In this document: piece after piece, positions 41,429-44,111 of the stretch
Layout: every line of letters starts with the position of its first letter
Numbering within the stretch: position 1 is the stretch's first letter
Position numbers and translations under genes: made by a program
Notes under the pieces: model-generated
The model's input: only the letters and a program-made list of their open reading frames with translations
Told to the model about the DNA's origin: nothing
The model's database searches: none
Source of the DNA: Rubricella sp.
Lineage (GTDB): Bacteria > Pseudomonadota > Alphaproteobacteria > Rhodobacterales > Rhodobacteraceae
Length of the DNA: 44,111 nt
NCBI GenBank assembly: GCA_049600155.1
Contig: JBMYPI010000001.1
Location: 1 to 44,111, forward strand
Reading direction: 5' to 3'

Positions 41429-42904
41429 TCACTCCCGCCAGGTAACGGCCGTAAGGTCGTTCGCCTGCGTCGGCGAGTTGGCCCAGAGCCCTTCGATCCG
41501 GGCATCGGCGACGCCCGTCTTGGCGAGCTGGAACAGGTAGGCGTTCACGTAGTCCCGCGCGATATGCTCCTGCGCGGCCTGCATCAGCGCGACGCGGGCG
41601 CCAGGATCCGTCTCCCCGCCAAGTGCTTCCATGATCGCGTCGAACGCCTCGGACTCGTAGCCGAAATAGTAGTCGTCGCGCGCGTAGATCCCGATATCCA
41701 TCGGCTCGGTATGGCTGACGATCGTCAGGCCGTAGTCGCGATTGCGGAAGACCTGTTCGAGCCACTGCGCCCATTCCACGTTCTCGATCCGCGCCTCGAT
41801 CCCCACTGCGCGGAGCTGGGCGGCGACGATCTCCCCGCCGCGGCGGGCATAGGAGGGCGGGGGCAGACGGAGCACGGTTTCGAACCCGTCGGGGTATCCG
41901 GCCTCTTCCAGAAGTTCCTGCGCTCGCACCGGATTGTGCGGGCTCAAGGCCGTGAGGTCGATATAGGCGGGATTGTGCGGGGCGAAATGGGTGCCGATGG
42001 GCGTTCCGTATCCGAACATCGCCCCGTCGATGATGTCCTGCCGGTTGATCGCGTGGGCCACGGCCTGCCGGACGCGCACATCGTCGAATGGCGGCTGGGT
42101 GTGGTTCATGGCGAGGATCGTCTCCCCTTCCGTCGAGCCCACGATGACGCGGAACCGGTCATCCACCGCGAATTGCGCGAGGCTCTCGGGCGCCGGGAAA
42201 TTGGGGAAGGCGTCGACCTCTCCGGTCATCATCGCCGCGAAGGCCGCCGTGGGATCGGAGATGAATCGGAACGTCGCCTCCTCCAGCGCGACGGGCTCGC
42301 CCCAATAGGCATCGTTGCGGGTGATGGTGACGCTGTCGCCCTGCCGCCATTCGCTGAAAACGAACGGGCCGGTGCCGACCGGGTTGGTCGCCAGAGTGCC
42401 GGCGCTTTCGGGCGCGACGATCACGGCGTCGCCCCAGGCGAGGTTGAAGGGCAGGCTGCCATCGGGCTGGCCGAGCGTGATGCGCACGACGAGATCGTTC
42501 AACGCCTCGACGCTCTCGATATTGGCGAAGAGACCCTTCTGGGCATTCGTCGAATCCTCCGCCATCGCGCGTTCCAGCGTGAAGACGACATCGGATGCCT
42601 CGAAGCTCGTTCCGTCATGGAACGTTACACCGTCGGCGAGAAGGAACGTGTACTCCGTCCCGTCTGCGGAGGCATACCAGGCACGGGCCAGTCCGGGTTG
42701 GATCGACCCGTCGGGAGCGAAGCGCGTCAGCCCTTCCATCACGTTGGCGTAGACGACCTCGTCCACAGCCGCGGCGGCCTCCGCCGTGGGATCGAGGGAT
42801 GGCGGCTCCAGCACCATGCCGATGGTGATGTCGGTACGGGCCTGGGCGTGGGCGAAAGCCGTGGTGGCAAGAAGGACGGTGGCGGTCGTTGCGGCCAGTC
42901 TCAT
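41429..42904 (-). CDS. Peptide/nickel ABC transporter substrate-binding protein (family 5)
   Basis: Signal peptide ending AFAHA; LEPPSLDP, GVTFHDG, PVGTGPF, VRQAVAHAIN; GAAGGAG RBS. Confidence 0.93.
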   Translation of the reverse strand: MRLAATTATVLLATTAFAHAQARTDITIGMVLEPPSLDPTAEAAAAVDEVVYANVMEGLTRFAPDGSIQPGLARAWYASADGTEYTFLLADGVTFHDGTSFEASDVVFTLERAMAEDSTNAQKGLFANIESVEALNDLVVRITLGQPDGSLPFNLAWGDAVIVAPESAGTLATNPVGTGPFVFSEWRQGDSVTITRNDAYWGEPVALEEATFRFISDPTAAFAAMMTGEVDAFPNFPAPESLAQFAVDDRFRVIVGSTEGETILAMNHTQPPFDDVRVRQAVAHAINRQDIIDGAMFGYGTPIGTHFAPHNPAYIDLTALSPHNPVRAQELLEEAGYPDGFETVLRLPPPSYARRGGEIVAAQLRAVGIEARIENVEWAQWLEQVFRNRDYGLTIVSHTEPMDIGIYARDDYYFGYESEAFDAIMEALGGETDPGARVALMQAAQEHIARDYVNAYLFQLAKTGVADARIEGLWANSPTQANDLTAVTWRE

Positions 42905-42916
42905 CGCATGTCTCCT

Positions 42917-44110
42917 TCAGGGCGCGATCAGCAGTCGATGCAGAGCGTGGCCCATGACCTTCGCGCTGTCCACCATGTCATCGATGCCGATCCATTCGTC
43001 GGGCTGGTGGGCGAGGTCGAGCACGCCGGGGCCGTAGGCGACGCAGTTCTTCAGCAGCCCGATCCTGTCGATGTGTTTCTGGTCATAGGTGCCGGGGGAG
43101 GCGACGTGTTCGGCCTCCCTTCCCAGAACGTCGCGGATCGCGTCGCCGATCGCCGTGACGATCGGCGCATCCGGTTCGGTCATGGTCGGCTGCACCTCGA
43201 AGATGTCCCGTAGCGTGTAGGTGAAGTCACCGCGACGGGCGGCGGCGCGGTCGAGCATGGCGCGGAACTCCTCCTTCACCGTGTCGAGCGGTTCCTCGGA
43301 AAGGAAGCGCCGGTCGATCACCATGCGGGCGCGGTCGGGCACGCAGGGCGAGGGAAGGCCGGTGTAATCCTCGTCCTGCTCGGGCTCGCCACCGTGGATG
43401 GCGTTGATGTTGAGCGTGGGATGCCGCGCGCCTTCGGGGATGACCGGCAGGGCCGTGCTCCGACGGGCCAGTTCGGGGAAATAGCTCTCCTCCATCTCGG
43501 CCAGAACGGCGCCGAGATGGCGCACCGCGCACTCGCCGAGAAACGGCATCGATCCATGGGCAATATGGCCGTGCGCCTCGATCTCCGCCCACCAGACGCC
43601 GCGATGGCCGAGGCAGATCCGATCCTTGTGCAGCGGCTCGGGAATGATGACGTGATCAACGCGGCCGGGGCTGAAATAGCCCTTCTCGGCAAGATAGGCC
43701 ACGCCGCCATACCCCCCCGATTCCTCGTCCGCCGTTGCGCTGATCTCCACCGCGCCGGCGAAATCGGGGAAAAGGTCGACGAAGGCTTCCGCCGCGACGA
43801 CACTCGCGCCAATACCGCCTTTCATGTCGCAGGCGCCTCGTCCGTAGACACGCCCATCACGAACCTCCCCGCCGAAGGGATCGACCGTCCAGCCCTGGCC
43901 GACCTCCACCACGTCGTGATGACCGTTGAAATGGACACAGGGACCATGGCGGCCGCCTTCCCTGCGGGCGATCATGTTCCAGCGCGGGAAACGGTCGGAA
44001 TCGCCCGGCGCGCCCTCTGCCCGGACGAGCGTCGTATCGAACCCGCGGGAGCCGAGCCGCCCGGCGAGGTATTCGCAGATTTCCAGGTATCCCCTGCCGG
44101 GCGGATTGAG
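42917..44110 (-). CDS. M20 metallopeptidase (acetylornithine deacetylase / succinyl-DAP desuccinylase family), 5' end truncated
   Basis: FNGHHDVV, YGRGACDMKGG, ADEESGG, HGSMP, AHQPDE; frame stays open to the window end (LNPPG..). Confidence 0.9.
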   Translation of the reverse strand, partial: LNPPGRGYLEICEYLAGRLGSRGFDTTLVRAEGAPGDSDRFPRWNMIARREGGRHGPCVHFNGHHDVVEVGQGWTVDPFGGEVRDGRVYGRGACDMKGGIGASVVAAEAFVDLFPDFAGAVEISATADEESGGYGGVAYLAEKGYFSPGRVDHVIIPEPLHKDRICLGHRGVWWAEIEAHGHIAHGSMPFLGECAVRHLGAVLAEMEESYFPELARRSTALPVIPEGARHPTLNINAIHGGEPEQDEDYTGLPSPCVPDRARMVIDRRFLSEEPLDTVKEEFRAMLDRAAARRGDFTYTLRDIFEVQPTMTEPDAPIVTAIGDAIRDVLGREAEHVASPGTYDQKHIDRIGLLKNCVAYGPGVLDLAHQPDEWIGIDDMVDSAKVMGHALHRLLIAP

Positions 44111-44111
44111 C

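Overview
High-GC alphaproteobacterial chromosome segment, most likely Rhodobacterales judging from gene order and the DnaK '[13 protein letters not shown]' segment. It spans the replication origin. The core is parB-parA-rsmG-mnmG-mnmE-rho-hemJ <- oriC -> psrP-maf-aroE-coaE-dnaQ. The ~440-bp AT-rich origin has DnaA boxes, a DnaA-trio/BUS-like unwinding module and an IHF site. Two perfect parS palindromes are embedded in coding sequence. The flanks carry heat-shock genes (dnaK, dnaJ, hrcA, grpE, hslV, hslU), four of them with matching RpoH-type promoters, plus modBC, alkB, ugd, maeB, mutS, rph-rdgB-hemW, secB-fxsA/timA-mltA-smr, a rhomboid protease, and a peptide ABC transporter with an M20 peptidase. 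No rRNA, tRNA, CRISPR array, transposase or phage gene was recognised. The window is mostly housekeeping. The best candidates for something undescribed are: (i) a 100-aa secreted 6-Cys protein with CSalphabeta (defensin/scorpion-toxin)-like Cys spacing; (ii) a cluster of palindromic repeats between ugd and maeB, one overlapping the maeB stop codon; (iii) a cNMP-domain thioredoxin-reductase-like flavoprotein lacking CxxC, between alkB and dnaK; (iv) an anomalous mltA start with a 12-codon coupling mini-ORF. All calls come from reading the sequence; no database search was run.
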